DNA from: Nitrososphaerota archaeon
GTDB lineage: Archaea; Thermoproteota; Nitrososphaeria; Nitrososphaerales; UBA57
DNA: 24,224 nt
Reading direction: 5' to 3'
Assembly: GCA_013378385.1 (NCBI GenBank)
Contig: JACAFS010000009.1
Coordinates: 1-24,224 of the forward strand
Shown: piece by piece, positions 23,668 through 24,224 of the stretch
Layout: every line of letters starts with the position of its first letter
How positions within the stretch are numbered: the stretch's first letter is position 1
Translations under genes and position numbers: made by a program
Notes under the pieces: generated by a model
Database searches by the model: none
What the model was told of the DNA's origin: nothing
The model's input: only the letters and a program-made list of their open reading frames with translations

Positions 23668-24224
23668 CTTCAATAATTCAAGACTTTTATTTACAACATT
23701 GTCTACAGTAAAACCAAATTTCTTCATAACTTCATTTCCAGGAGCTGACGTACCAAAAGTTGTCATTCCAATTGCTTTGCCCTCTAAACCAATATATCTT
23801 TCCCAACCAAATGTACTTGCCGCTTCAACTGAAACTCGTTTTTTGACTGCAATTGGCAATACTTGTTCTTTATAATCGTCTGATTGTTTTTCAAATAATT
23901 CCCAACTTGGCATACTTACTACCCTAACATTTACTCCCTTGTTTTTCAATTCTTTTTGAGCTTCAACAGCCAAGTGTAATTCAGAACCTGTTGCAATTAT
24001 AATTAATTCCGGTAATCCATTTGAATCAACAAGTGTATATCCACCTTTTTGTAAATTTTCAGGTGAGGAAATCTCATTTTTATTTGACTCTCCATGTAAA
24101 ACAGGTAATGCTTGTCTTGTAAGGATTAAAGCAGTAGGACCACTTGTTATTTGCAATGCAGTTTTCCACGCTATCACTGTTTCATTTGCATCTCCTGGTC
24201 TTATCACGGTAAGATTGGGTACTG
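23662..24224 (-). CDS. tkt: Transketolase, C-terminal portion (partial; the N-terminus lies beyond the right edge)
   Basis: The frame stays open upstream of the track's GTG at 24207, out to the window edge (..VPNLTVIRPGDANETVIAWKTAL...GPTALILTRQALP...). This is the typical end of the pyrimidine-binding domain plus the C-terminal domain of transketolase. I cannot tell whether the gene encodes a full-length enzyme or a split C-terminal subunit. Confidence 0.9.
   Translation of the reverse strand, partial: VPNLTVIRPGDANETVIAWKTALQITSGPTALILTRQALPVLHGESNKNEISSPENLQKGGYTLVDSNGLPELIIIATGSELHLAVEAQKELKNKGVNVRVVSMPSWELFEKQSDDYKEQVLPIAVKKRVSVEAASTFGWERYIGLEGKAIGMTTFGTSAPGNEVMKKFGFTVDNVVNKSLELLKK

Noticed and set aside
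1-24224. CRISPR arrays, transposases or IS elements, toxin-antitoxin pairs, restriction-modification or other defence cassettes, and rRNA genes
   Set aside because: I saw no regularly spaced repeats, no nuclease, integrase or transposase-like ORFs, and virtually no unassigned sequence. Only about 800 nt are non-genic, and the longest spacer is 109 nt.

Overview
The window is a visibly AT-rich, very tightly packed archaeal chromosomal segment. By my coordinates only about 800 of 24224 nt lie outside called genes. I call 25 protein-coding genes, two of them truncated at the window edges, and 3 tRNA genes. Archaeal origin is supported by several observations: tRNA genes split by short introns, UPF0147, tandem PurP paralogs, a PAC2-type proteasome chaperone, an e2b2-type ribose-1,5-bisphosphate isomerase, TATA-like boxes about 25-30 nt upstream of start codons (suggesting leaderless or short-leader mRNAs), and frequent TTG/GTG starts. 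The lineage cannot be fixed from the sequence alone; a streamlined Thaumarchaeota/Nitrosopumilales-like or other AT-rich archaeon is a guess.

Most of the content is housekeeping:
- sufBD
- two ABC-2 exporters
- HtpX
- an FAD oxidoreductase
- threonine dehydratase
- an M24 peptidase
- purP x2
- class II HMG-CoA reductase
- a pentose-phosphate cluster: R15P isomerase-prs-pgk on one strand, with rpe and transketolase beside it

I found no CRISPR array, rRNA, transposase, integrase or obvious defence cassette.

The items most worth follow-up are:
1. A 688-aa, insertion-bearing, strongly divergent member of the ATP-PEPCK/HprK P-loop superfamily (3092-5158).
2. A tRNA-Ala(CGC) gene whose two non-canonical insertions are near-identical direct repeats flanking the anticodon stem-loop (17787-17890).
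3. A doubly interrupted tRNA-Ile(GAU).
4. The R15P isomerase-prs-pgk-hypothetical operon, with no RuBisCO in view.
5. An orphan HEXXH protein.

All homology statements rest on motif recognition by eye and on sequences recalled from memory, not on database searches.
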